Below, piece after piece: positions 25,501-37,541 of a stretch of DNA of 64,000 bases (position 1 is the stretch's first letter; every line of letters starts with the position of its first letter). This stretch comes from Phoronis australis (lineage: Eukaryota; Animalia; Phoronida). A program made the translations under genes and the position numbers. The stretch spans positions 578,952 through 642,951 of the forward strand of contig NMRA01000072.1 of the NCBI GenBank assembly GCA_002633005.1. The letters run 5' to 3'. The notes under the pieces are model-generated. The model ran no database searches. It saw only the letters and a program-made list of their open reading frames with translations, and was not told where the DNA came from.

Positions 25501-28500
25501 CAGCAGTCTGTTCAGGCATGGAAATGGTTTATATGATCATAGAATGTTAATTTTGAAACTCATTTTGTTATGCTGTGTGCCCACATATTTAGAAGTGGGT
25601 GCATTATGCCATCATCTGTGTCCATCCGTCTGTCCGGCGTTTAGACATATCTGACTACCGCTGTGCCCCCAGTGCCAGTTTTAATTTTTCATGGGCTTGG
25701 CAAGTGTGCTTTTATTGAGGAGAGCATTGCTGACTTGCTACACACCCCGTAGAGGCTATTTTAAGTTTACTAGCATTGCTCCATTTAGTGAGAATAGTAA
25801 TCATCCCTTGTACCTGCGCTGTATGCGATGCACACGGTGGACACATGTCAATGCTATGCGTTACTCTTGTTTGGCTGTGTAACCTCTTTTGTGTTTGGGA
25901 TTTTTCGTTTAATATTTTATTTTTTGTATTATTTTTATTTTATGTTTGTTAATAGTATTATATCAATTTGAAAAATAATTTAACCTTATTTGAATTTTAG
26001 ACTTTTAGTAAGAAGGAAATGTCCGTTAAACATAATGACTAATGTACCTTTACACTCTAACTTGCTAGTTGTTTCTAGTATAGGATTTTCACTAAAAGAC
26101 AAACCAGATATTTACTCGACAGCAGGCATTCTCCATCAGAATTGCAGTCGACATTATGTTTTGATTTGCGGAATGTTTGCTATTGACTTGGTTCCCTGGT
26201 ACACTCAAGATCTACACGTACCATACTGTTTTTAAGACATTGTTTTCTTTCTTTTCATCCATCTGTTCATTCATACATTACTGTAAAATCTTACCAATTT
26301 TGGAATGAAACAATTGTCAAAATTGTCCGTTTTTCATTTTTAAAGGCTTTTAGCATTGTTATGAATGCCTATAATTTTGCAGAATCAATCACTGTCTGAT
26401 GGTAGTTATAGTATAGATCTTTAAGAACATTGTAGTATTTATTTGGTGCTACTTTTATGAAATAATAAATTTCATGTCGGCCATATTGCATTCCTAAATT
26501 GGTGAGATTTTACCTTAAGTCCACTTTGATAGGCTTAGTATATTTTTTAGCATATTTCTCGATTTCACATTCATGCAATAGTTGGAAAGGAAAAGCAGGT
26601 CTGAGGTACCCATAAATCCCTTGTGTTTCCAGAATAACTTGCTGTTGCGACGAGAGAGAATGGAGGAAAACTCACGAAGACTACATTCAAGGTCGATTGA
26701 CCAAGTGATAGCTTTTGAGCGGAAGCAACAGCTGGAGGCCAGGGTTGCCGAGGAGATGTTAGAGGCGAGTCATCAGAATATGGCTGAACAAATAGAGAAA
26801 AACAGGGACAAGTTGAAGGAGAGTCATAAGAGGTTAGTATTATAAATAGGGCAAATCAGGGATTGGTGAAAAGGAGTCACCAGTCATTACTGGGTAAAAT
26901 GGGGATGAGTTGAAGGAGTCGTCACGGGTTATTAGTACAAGTAGGGAAAACAGGGACAGGTTGAAGGATAGTCATCAGTGGTTTGTATTACAAGTAGGGA
27001 AAACAGGGACAGGTTGAAGGATAGTCATCAGTGGTTTGTATTACAAGTAGGGAAAACAGTGACAGGTTGAAGGATAGTCATCAGTGNGAGTTCTTCCCGA
27101 AGGATCTAACTAGTCCATGTATGGCATGTTTTTTCATAAAAGCATAATCTACCTATTGTATTTGGCGACTGATTAAATATTCCTTTTTTCTGAAAGACAT
27201 GTACTCTCATTGTTTCAAATTTTTTGCTGATATTCTGTAGTTTCCTCACTGGTTATCGTTAATTTGCATAATTACCTGTAAATAATAGGTAAGTCGGATA
27301 GGGTGTGCATGTATGCCACGTATATTCTATTGAACCATCGATAACACAAAATAAACTAGTGCAATAATGTGGAGTTACTTGTCTTTCAAGGTATATAATA
27401 GATATTCTATGAATTATGTAACAAAGGTAAAGCTGAAGAGTAGAACATTTGTCTGCCTTATCAAGAGTTTCATGTCTGGACATTGTAATATTTCAGAAGC
27501 AAATGCACATTACATAACACAACAATATTTAGAAGATCACGAAATGTATTGCTTTGTAACATACAAAATGAAATTCATATGGATCATAGAAGTTGTTAGT
27601 GCTGTTCATTTTATCACTAGATTGCTTCAAATAGTAAACTTCATTTTTAAATATGATTGTTTATGAGTGAAAACTTTTAATTCATTTAATTTTATTTTTC
27701 TCTTAGGCACGCTCAGATTCTGAATGAGAAAATTTTAAAGGTTGAGGCACAGAAGAAGCGATTAGAAGAGCAGGAAAGGAAGCAACGTGAAGAGGCAGAG
27801 AAAATACGAGTCAACGTCAGCGGGATGGTGGACGCCATGAGAGCACTGAAGAAGAATTTGGATGATAAAATAGCTAAATGTAAATGCAAGCAGCACCTGG
27901 CTCCCAACTTCACAAAGTTCTATGAAAATGTGGTCGCTTGTGTGACGAAAGCAGAAAGTTTAGTACTGCAAATGAATGAGGACAAAAAAGTGGCTAGTGT
28001 ACTGAAGATGATTCAAGAGTTATCACTGAAGCAGCAAAATATTGCTGATGTCATCAACCAGGATCTTGGTAAGTTTTTTACGATATTATACAGGCCAGGA
28101 TCCTGAGGATCAAGGGGATCTGCCCCCCGTGCTCAGCCATTTTTGTGTTGCTGCAGTAGATAATAATAAGAACCTTATCAAAGCCCTTGATGCCTGATTT
28201 TTAGGCCGAATATTTCACAATCATGTGAAATTCCCCTCATCAGGCCCAAAAATTCCTCTCCAACAATTGAATAATTCCTGTCCAGGATAGACTCTCCTCT
28301 GCCTAATTTAACCATAGCCAATGGGGAGTGGCAATAGGAGGAGGTTTCCCCTCAACCAAGAAATTCCCCTCTGAAGGCACAGGCACCTTTCCCCTCAGGT
28401 GAGCGAGGGCCCTGCCTATGTTAGTCCCTTGTCAGGGCTCATTGTTATAATGAGCCTAGATCTTCGCCTGTTACACTATACAATAATTCTCAAGTATGTT

Positions 28501-31500
28501 TTGTTCCATGGTTGCATTAAGATTTTTAGTGGCTTTTTGTTGAAAGTATGCACATCCAATTGCATCTACACTTGCATGACCCTACAAAGAACCCTCCCAG
28601 TTGTTGTAACTAGAGTTCGCTGTGACCAAGTCAACTTATATGTAATACAGTTGGCATTGGATTTGTGGACTGAAACACTACAAGCAATTGAGCATCACAA
28701 ACCAGGCACATTGTAATGTGTTTTGATGGCATCATTATGCAACAAACACCTGTTTTTGTACATTGTCATTCAGAGTATTTGAGATGATTGTCCACATCTG
28801 TTTTCATTGTTGATGGATACTTAACCCATATAGCCCTGTACACTTGAGGTTTTGTTAAGTATGCTTCTCCGTGTCTAAACTATCAAAGGTGCATTGCTAT
28901 TCTTAACTGTCATGGGTAGACAAGAACACCTAGGAAGGCTGTCAACATCCTTAATGTGCTTAAAACCACCATTTACCTTGTTTTGACATGTGACCACGTT
29001 GTCAGCATCATTAAGTATTCCTTGATAGCACTGCATATCACAACAGTGAATTCAATTCCCAAAGAACGAGAAAATAGAAAAAAGCAACTTCAATGGGAAT
29101 TTTCTTAGCTCCAAAGACATCACTGACATGAACATACCCAGGTTCAGCATGTCATGTCCACCAACTTGCGAGTTTCTTGTGCAAACTTGTTCCATAATCA
29201 TGCTTTCGTTATATCCATGGCAAAGTGGAGAGAGCCACAGTAAGGTCAAATTCTTAGTTGTCACAACCGCCACAAACGCAACACCTCGCTATTACTTATT
29301 ATACCAGGAACCAGGGGAAAACGACTTTTTACACTACAAACAATGGAGGATGACTAGTACTGTGACCGGTTGTCCCGATTTTACGCAGTATATTTCGACC
29401 AACAGGTGCTTGTAACTTGAGATTAGTTATTGTATAACATCATAACGTCAGATGGTGTTGCGGGTGTTCTGATTTGACAGTTTGTTTTTTGGTGTTTTTG
29501 AAATGAAATGGGTGATTTCAAACACTTTGAATTCTTCAACTCTACCAAAAATCCCTTCAACAACCTCAAATTTCTGTTAACAAAATTGATAGTGAATCAC
29601 CTTTACATTCACTGGCTGCACTTGATTGACTTTGCTTGTTTTGCCACGTCAACTGGCTAAGACATCTGATTGACCAGTCTGTAAGCCGGAAGTTGACATC
29701 AGCAAACAATCAGATGCTGTAGCCGGTTGATCTGGTGGAACCGGCAAAATCAATCTAGTGCTGCCAGTGTGCTCGTAGTCCAACAGAAACGTACACTAGG
29801 TTATAGGAAAGGCACCTGTTTGGCCGCAAGCGTCGAGGGGGGAGATAGCACAGACTGAGAACCTGTCTATTGTGGGTCAGTCGTGTACTGTACTGAGAAC
29901 CAGCTAGTGACTCACATGTTTTATTGCAGACCGGGCAGACAAAAAGGCAGCAGAAGAGGTCAAACAAAAACAGGCGACAGAACAGAAACGGGCAGCAGAG
30001 GAAGCTGCACGGAAAGCTGCAGCTGAAGCGGCAAAGGTCATAACCCTAGCTCAACTGGTCAGGGACCTGATTCTCGAAGAGCCTATTGTCTTTTGGACTT
30101 TCATCTAACAATCAGTCCACCGATGGTTTAGACTTTTTCAAAACAAACACAGGCTAAGGCTGAAAGTTAAAAAATATCTCAACAACTGAAAGTCAGCTGG
30201 ACCATACAACAGAGAAACATTTTGAGGAATGCAAAAGACCAATAAAAAAAAACCTTCTGGCTATCCATAGTCAGATTTCTGACTTTTGGTTAAAGTCAAA
30301 AGACAAAATTCAAATGAATAGTGTCTCTGAGAAACATACTTCAGCAGCGGAAAATCGGCATTTCATCACATAAACCAACTTTTGAGTATGACTACTCGCT
30401 ATTATGAAAATGGTCTCAATGTCAAATTGGAGACGATCTTAGGGCCTTGAAACAACTAACTGTAAGTACTCGAGATGGGGCTGTGCAAGTTGGGCTGTTA
30501 GGACTAGTCGTTTAACATGCCGAACAGCGTCTCAAAGAATAACTAAATATCACACACCCAGAAATAATTTCTCACCGGTGTAAAGAAGAGGTTGAGGATC
30601 CCTTTTGTAGTTGTGGTTTAAATCAAAAGTTCTTCTCTTAGACGATATGGACGTTTATAACCACTTGTGTAATGAATAAATATTTTAATGCGTATTTGAG
30701 TAATGTAGTTCAGAAGCTTCGGATAAACAGTCACTTAACTCTTGAGTCTATCACTGTTTTACAAGATTTAAATGTTTATGAAATATGATAGCAATTGTCT
30801 GTCCATGTAGCTCAATGACGTCTGTGCACTCGTATCCATGCCACTATAGTAACAGGCATTAAATAATAAATTGATAGTTGATTTCCCATTGTCAAATTCA
30901 TACTTCAAACCGTGATTCACCTTTCTTTCAGGCAAAAGATGGCGCCACGGGACTGCCCCTGTCTCTTTTACAAGGTATATAATTATTCAAGTAAACCTTG
31001 TCGATGAGTAGGTTTGTGCTCTACAATCCTTTTACACAGACTGAAGCTTCTCTTCATTGACACGTCAGATAGTCACCCAGTATTTCCTGTGTGGTTTTCT
31101 GTAACATCTGGGCTGCGTTACTCAGACCTAACATCATGCCAAGTCTTCATAAGATATCACCATGCATTACAAGTGAACCTCAAGACCACATTTACTTAAT
31201 TCTCTTAATGAGTTTCCACTACGTAGAGTAGAAAATTCCAAAAATTATTTCGAGTTCCATCTCAAGTGAAAAGATTAGACCCTGGATTCTGTTTATTATG
31301 GTTTGATTGCTTCATTCCTCTATCTCAATACTGATGAGTGGTTGGCTGAGGCAATGAATGTCTTTCACGTGATTAATGTAGACAGTCCCATAGTAAATTT
31401 TGTATGCTTTCTGGGATTAAGTTGAGACAGCATAACAGAAGAAAAAGTGGAGACCAGTGATGGCAATGACAGTGTACGTCTACCAAAATGTTATTGGAAA

Positions 31501-34500
31501 ATCCTGTGTAAATACTGCTAATGGTATATTTTATTTATTACCTGTGTAGGTGGTGATGGTGAGATTCTGTGTGTGTTACCTGATAGCCTGAAACAGTATG
31601 AAGATCTTCTGAAGAAACAGAAAGAGGTGGAGACGTCCATAGTGCAGTTGACCACCACACCTCAGGTAAACTGACCTTGAGTAGCAGCTTGGAGCTGCGA
31701 TTAGGTCCGAGTCCTTCATTTTTGAACAATTTACTTTCAGTGTGAGTTGTGTAGTTGCTACCAGTTTCCCTTTCAATCTGTTTGAAAAATATGGTCACTG
31801 CAAATAAAATTGTTTAAAAAGTATAAGCTTCTCGGAAAATATGAAATGCAGTAATTTTATTTAGAATCTAGCCTTTAGTTTGTGTAACATTTTGTTATAT
31901 TAAAATGAAATTTTAGTTGAAATTGTGAAAAGCACTATGAAAATATTTTTATTCCTATGCAGATGGAAGCAATTATATGATCATATGCTGGGGTCTAGTC
32001 TTTGTACTCAAATCAAACCTGCTTTGTATCATTGAAAACATTATAACTGATCAGTTTTAAAAGGCTGTAAGGACTTCAGCGAAACAGTCGCGGTGCATAA
32101 AATGTAATGTTTGAACTAAGATGTTGACTGGTTCAGTGCACCGTGGTAATTTTGTTCTTGAAGTTACGATAAATGTTGATTACTTTTGACTTAAATGCAG
32201 TCGTGTCCGTTTCTAGCTGAAAAAGTTAAAGATGGATCTGCAGAAGGCTGTCAACACTCCAGTCAACGCACTGACCAATACCAGTGGTGCCCACTTGCGG
32301 GATAAATTGGATAAACTTTTGGCTCTTCTCTCTGGTCAGCCTGTAGAGGTCTCTGGCAAAAGAGTGTTGGCCACGGAACATCCATCTGGCCTACCGTTCT
32401 GCTTCGACTTGTTGGCAAAGAAACTTGTGGTTAGTGATGTCACCATGTGGCATTTGTAAGTGGTCAATGGAAAGACAATAAGTCAAGATTCAATTCCATT
32501 CATGTCGTGAACATGCCCTTTAAACCAAAGTCCATGGTCACAACTGGTTTTATCCACATTCGGTTAGGCCAGCTTCTATTGTGAGTTAGTGATACAGTAT
32601 AATTAGCTAATAAGCCATACTGGGAACTACTTTCCAATGAGTAGCTCAAGGCTTGTGTTTGTGTTGACAAAATCACCATTACTTGGCCAATTTTGAAAAT
32701 TCAAAAACCCATAGTTGAATGGTTGGATGTTTATGGTTACCATTGGTTCTCGTGTCTCATAAAGAAAATAGAAAGTACATGGATGCTTTCAAGCCTTCTA
32801 TTTAGATATGGTGTGATAAGAAACAGTATTTACCCTCACTATTCTAGTCAATAGTCACTCCTTCGATAACCAGTCCACTGGTGAGAGTGGAAATATTAAG
32901 TAGATTTCTCCTAATTGATCCTCATATCGTTTACAGCATGGTCTTCACGAAGTATTACAGTTGTTGGCTGCAGGTGTAGTTATGGGGGTTATTTAATTCA
33001 CGTGCACTGTTTCCACTTGTTGTCAAGGAACATGCTATTTAAATCTAATTACCCTAATGCAATCTATTAATGCACACTGATGTCCACCTCACAGGATTAG
33101 ATTATCTTTATTTGCTGTGCTCTGATTTCTCTTTGTTTCTGGTCCATTTAGTACACATTGCCTTATGGTTTCATCTATTGACGTTCTGTTATGTCGTGTT
33201 TACATGAAACGGAGCAATTATTTTCTTGCACTTGTAGAAACAAGGCGAAGAACAGATCTCATCCAATCACGAGTATGCTTTTGTCTATGCTGCCATAGCT
33301 GTGGCGATCTGGTGCAAATTTCCAGTGTTTGGTGAGCTGCTGAGGGCTCATTTTTACCTGAGATGCCCCTACCTGGTACCGTATTATAAACCTAAGACTG
33401 AAGGGCAATCTTCTGAAGACTACTATAAGTGAGTAGGAGACCAGTGTTGTTACCCTCAGTGTCATTGTGAATATCTGTAGCTTCACAAATCATTTACTAC
33501 TGACACTGAACTCAAAGGACAAGTCATTACTGCAGTACATGCCAAAACCTGACACGGACAACTCTGTTTCCCTTTGTGATATCATTCCAGCTACTTCAAC
33601 TTTGTGAAAACTTTAAGTCTTGCCTAGCTTCAATTCCAGACAATTCAAAAATGATAAAAAATGAGGATTCAGCAACTTTAAGATTGTCTCGTTCCAAAAT
33701 TTTGTAATGCATTTTCTCTTTCTCTATAAGTTTATTTTTCAAGACATAATATACATTTATGCAAAATAACAAATTTTTATAAAATTGATTGCTGGACAAA
33801 AATCTTGAACCATTGTTGTAAGGAACGACACAAAGTTTGGTTCTTGTTTTTGTTCTAATATTATAACTAAATTGCTTACATTAAGAATCCAGGGGTTTGT
33901 TTCAAAAAAATTATTTCAGAAGCGAGACAGAAATTTATGCTCTTGATTCACTATTGCTGAATGAAGATTTTGCTAAGTAGTTCTGAGAAATGATCTCAGT
34001 AACTAGCAATTAGTTAATGTGTTTATTCTCAGAGACTTTGCACTTTTGCTCATGTGAGGTTTAGTCATTTTTCAGAAATACTGTTTGGGTGTAAGCCCAA
34101 ATTTCTGACTTATATGGTAAACAGTGTCAAATAGGGACTTGACTATGTTCCTTAACTTTTCGCTGCATTTATGTCATTAGTTAAAGAGGATCTCGTAATA
34201 TAGGCAAAATGAATTTATGAGTAAAAAACTTCATAAATGCACGGAAGATTTAGGGAACTTAGTCGAGTCCCTGTTTGGGACTGTTTCATGCAACCAGGCA
34301 CTGGTGTCGTCACACTCGTGACCTACCTAGTACAGGTGAAAATTCAAGCCAGAACCCAATTAAGTTTGTGAACTGAAGCGCAAGTTTCAACCCCATTCCC
34401 TACCAACACAACTGAGAGCCATCTGGCTGGGCTGCCAACTGTCAATAGGCACATCAAATTTTATGGCATAATGAGGCATCATATAGGATAACATAGGTGA

Positions 34501-35081
34501 CCAAGCAGCTGGACTGAATTCAGTGCGCATTAGCAAACTCCAGCCGTCCGATGATCATCATCTCAAAGTCAGTTTTTACCGGCACTGGGTTCCTCATGAT
34601 GTGTTTATTCAGTTGGTGTTGTGTATTTCACAGGAGTCTGGGATATCAGTACAAAGATGGTGAGGTAGAGCAGCAGGACAAGTTTCTGAAACGTATGAGC
34701 GGAATAACTCGCTTGTATGCAGCCATCATGATCTCAGTGCCACCTCCTGGTAGTCCAGGAAAGCACCCGTTTGACCTCGATCATGGCTGGACCTGGTTGG
34801 CGACTGTACTCAACATCGATCCGAGGCCAGATATCACGGCGTCAGAGATGTTCGATTTCTTGGAAATTACTGGAAACCAAATGTGGAGTTCCTATAAGAA
34901 GCAGTTTCAGAAGATACTGCACATAATTTGCACAGAATATCTTCCAAAAATTTGGAAAGTGACTCCAAAAGGGTCGGGTGGTCCTGTTAAAAGACTGGAG
35001 CTGTTTCTAACGAAATGCTTGCAAACCGGAACAATAGCAAGTGCTAAAGGCACATTAGCTGCTAATTTTTGGCTTACATAG
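22426..35081 (+). CDS. GLE1: mRNA export factor GLE1, 11 coding exons: 22426-22527, 22836-23068, 25094-25262, 26633-26832, 27707-28068, 29930-30036, 30932-30974, 31550-31665, 32217-32429, 33238-33428, 34634-35081
   Basis: N-terminus TLFALRQTSKGRLNY resembles vertebrate GLE1 (TLKALRSSDKGRLCY). Central coiled coil. C-terminal domain with LQKAVNTPVNAL, KQGEEQISS, CPYLVPYY, QQDKFLKRMSG..RLYAAI, HGWTWLA. All introns GT-AG with consistent phases. Confidence 0.95.
22836..23068 (+). CDS. GLE1: GLE1 coding exon 2
   Basis: CMLEDCTSPPKVS..., phase 0 to 2. Confidence 0.85.
23449..24041. mobile_element. Kolobok-like element inserted at TTAA (truncated by a contig join)
   Basis: TTAA|AGG start; the duplicate flank at 24499 shows the empty TTAA site. 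Confidence 0.65.
25094..25262 (+). CDS. GLE1: GLE1 coding exon 3
   Basis: phase 2 to 0, ...IKHIEEEMRTEAE|gtaaaa. Confidence 0.8.
25574..25872 (+). mobile_element. Short degenerate HINE copy (GLE1 intron 3)
   Basis: TGTGCCCACATATT..GTGGGTGCATTATGCC, GTCC-like tract, 3' GCGTTACTCTTGTT. Confidence 0.65.
26633..26832 (+). CDS. GLE1: GLE1 coding exon 4 (coiled coil)
   Basis: phase 0 to 2, E/R/K/Q-rich helix. Confidence 0.85.
26791..27086 (+). repeat. ~52-bp minisatellite whose first unit is the GLE1 exon 4 3' end and donor
   Basis: GAAAACAGGGACAGGTTGAAGGATAGTCATCAGTGGTTTGTATTACAAGTAGG repeats; ends at the N join 27087. Confidence 0.8.
27707..28068 (+). CDS. GLE1: GLE1 coding exon 5 (coiled coil)
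   Basis: phase 2 to 1, gtaagt donor. Confidence 0.85.
29930..30036 (+). CDS. GLE1: GLE1 coding exon 6
   Basis: phase 1 to 0, RADKKAAEEVKQK...AAEAAK. Confidence 0.8.
30932..30974 (+). CDS. GLE1: GLE1 coding exon 7 (43-nt microexon)
   Basis: polypyrimidine-cag acceptor; phase 0 to 1 is required to bridge exons 6 and 8. Confidence 0.7.
31550..31665 (+). CDS. GLE1: GLE1 coding exon 8
   Basis: phase 1 to 0, ...CVLPDSLKQYEDLL...TTPQ|gtaaac. Confidence 0.8.
32217..32429 (+). CDS. GLE1: GLE1 coding exon 9
   Basis: LKKLKMDLQKAVNTPVNAL...LAKKLV. Confidence 0.92.
33238..33428 (+). CDS. GLE1: GLE1 coding exon 10
   Basis: KQGEEQISSNHEYAF...CPYLVPYYKP...EDYY. Confidence 0.92.
34634..35081 (+). CDS. 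GLE1: GLE1 terminal coding exon
   Basis: SLGYQYKDGEVEQQDKFLKRMSG...NFWLT*; AATAAA at 35139-35144. Confidence 0.95.
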
Positions 35082-35489
35082 CACTGCTTCATAGGAAGTG
35101 TGTCTAAAATATTGCAATGAGAATTATGTGGTTTACCAAATAAATTATTTGAATACTAAGAAAGCATGCTTCGCAATTAATGAGTTTTTTAAAAGTGAGG
35201 AGTAAATAATTAACATGGTTAGCGTTATGTGTGGAGCAGATTATGGTAATATCCTGCAAATTTCTGACAAAAGTAAATGACAGTATTGATTTTTTCAGTT
35301 TTCATAAACATTGTTAAAATTCTACAATAGATAGTAGCTCGGTGTGTAAGTCGAACATTTAAAACTCGGTGGACTTAGTTTTTATGAAAAAATATTTCTC
35401 TGTCTGGTGTCCTCAATTGGTGACATTTTACCACAGCTGTATGGTCACGATGGAACAGTTCAAGATGTTTTGTGCAAACAGAATCTGCC

Positions 35490-35906
35490 TTAAAGATGCT
35501 TTGTCTCGTTAAATTTTGAATATGCCAATGAAGTACTAGTTTACAAACAACCCCAGGTCTTGAGGTGTGTCAGAAACCATCTGAGAACCAGTTACTATTA
35601 CAAGCTCGCGAAAGTCTATTTTTATATAAATGAGTATTGTAATATATCATTGTCATGAAACAAGGCAGTTTTTATTATTTGTTCATTTCACTAGAAAATA
35701 ACGATTGCGTAATATTTGGAATCACTAGGGTTTTGTATATGCTTACCCTTGCTTTTCAGTTGTGGTGTTTTCTTTAAAACCGCATTTTATTTACAAATTG
35801 TTTCTTTTCCTGATTATACTTGTACACAAAGTTCTCCAGGAAGTCACAAGGAGGCGGTTGCTAAAAATTAAAATATTTGTGGTTTTAATGAGACACAGCA
35901 TATGTA
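35490..35906. mobile_element. Interspersed non-autonomous DNA element (inverse copy at ~5510-5925, fragment at ~41660-41740)
   Basis: TTAAAGATGC.TTGTCTC...GAGACACAGCAT termini; shared internal sequence between copies. Confidence 0.65.
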
Positions 35907-36881
35907 ATATCAAAGTTCATGATTGTTTTCAGTTGCTTATGATAACAATGTGTAGCAGTGACTTCAGACAGGTTTAAGAGGACCTGAAGAGACTCGGAAT
36001 ATTACGAAGTGCAACACATGAAAGCAGTTGTCGAAGTATCATTACAAAGTTCCTTGTAGATTTGGTGGTCATGTTACTATGTGTAGTAATTTCTCTGTCA
36101 CTTGTGCATCACAGGACATAAAATACCAAGTTATTTTAAAGCTATATAGAGTGTTTCAGTGATATGACAATTACCTTGCCACATCCTGTTTCGCACACTG
36201 GCGAGTGTCGTAACGATTTTCAAAATTAGAACATATGCTTCCACCTGCAGTGATTTCTGTTGATACTACCAGGTTTGTATTCGACTCTAACGTTGAAATT
36301 GTGCGATTTCACTTGCATGAGCTAGGGGAGACGAACACTGTTTTTAACTTACTATTTACTGTAAATCTCGCTGAAGTCAGATTCAACCAGAACGAGATAT
36401 TTTATCCGAATAAAGGCAAAACTTGACTTAAATGAAGCGGTGAGTACATGAACTAAACCGTACCATAGAACTTGATTTGAGTTAAGTGAAAGTCTGACTC
36501 GCACGGGTTTTACTTCATATTAACAATTAAACCTCATATAGGGCAACCTTTACTTTGTATTCTCAATGTTCAAAAAAGAACTCTTGCATTTTGCTCACTG
36601 TACATTATTATACAAGACCATTAGTCTGCATTAGCAGTTCTAGCGTCTCACTGCTATTCAAGAACATGCCAGAGATCTACATCACCAGGTCTCTGATGAG
36701 GATTTGAAAGTGTACACCCAGATAAGTGGAAGCGCAGGATACAGGAGGCTATTGTCCACAGACCAAGTCTGAACAGAGATCCTGGACTTGATCTCCCTGC
36801 GGAGTACTCAGACTTGCTACGGCGTTTAAACCTGACATTAGGGAATCCCCATTATTGATTTATTGTTTTATTCTACATGAC

Positions 36882-37264
36882 AAGGGGCGCACCCGATGGC
36901 GAACCATGTCCGTGAGAAATGGATGAAACGGCTGTACATTTACTACATCAAGGTACGACTTTCTCGTTCCAAAAAGGATCTCCACTTAATATTTTCATGC
37001 TTGTGTTTGTCGCATTGAATCATTTAATGAATTTGATACCATTCATGCGCGCACTCAGCCTAAAATATAGGGGGGCTCGAATCTTTCGGTATGCGTTCCT
37101 TTGAAAGAAATCGACAAAAAAAAAAACGGGCCATTAGGTTCAGGTCCACGAAAATTGTACGTCCGCGCTGGCTTCCCGTGGCTTTTGTGGACTTTTGTCT
37201 CTACTCGGACTTTTTGTTTCACTGAGGCAGACCTTTCGCCCCCCCCCCCCCTGGTGCGCCCATG
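36882..37264. mobile_element. hAT-like MITE
   Basis: AGGGGCGCACC ... GGTGCGCCCATG termini, subterminal C-run. Confidence 0.5.
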
Positions 37265-37430
37265 CCATTGGTTGAAATAGCTAACTAAAGATAAGAACTT
37301 GATGGGTTAACAACATTTATTACAATCAAAGGAGTTATTTCTTCTTGATAATTCTCAACTGTATTTACAATATCACATTAATTAAAGCCGATGAGTTGAC
37401 AAAAAGACTGAGCATGTCACTTTAACTCTC

Positions 37431-37541
37431 TCAGAGTTTACTGGACGGTGATGTCTGTAAAAATCTAGCCACATGGGGCCCCACTCGCTCAGGGTTATTG
37501 AGATGAACATGATGATTCCCATCCACATGCACAACGTCCAG
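37431..37541 (-). CDS. SERHL2: SERHL terminal exon (catalytic His; PTS1 SKL)
   Basis: LDVVHVDGNHHVHLNNPERVGPHVARFLQTSPSSKL*; AATAAA on the minus strand at ~37316-37321. Confidence 0.92.
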   Translation of the reverse strand: MDVVHVDGNHHVHLNNPERVGPHVARFLQTSPSSKL

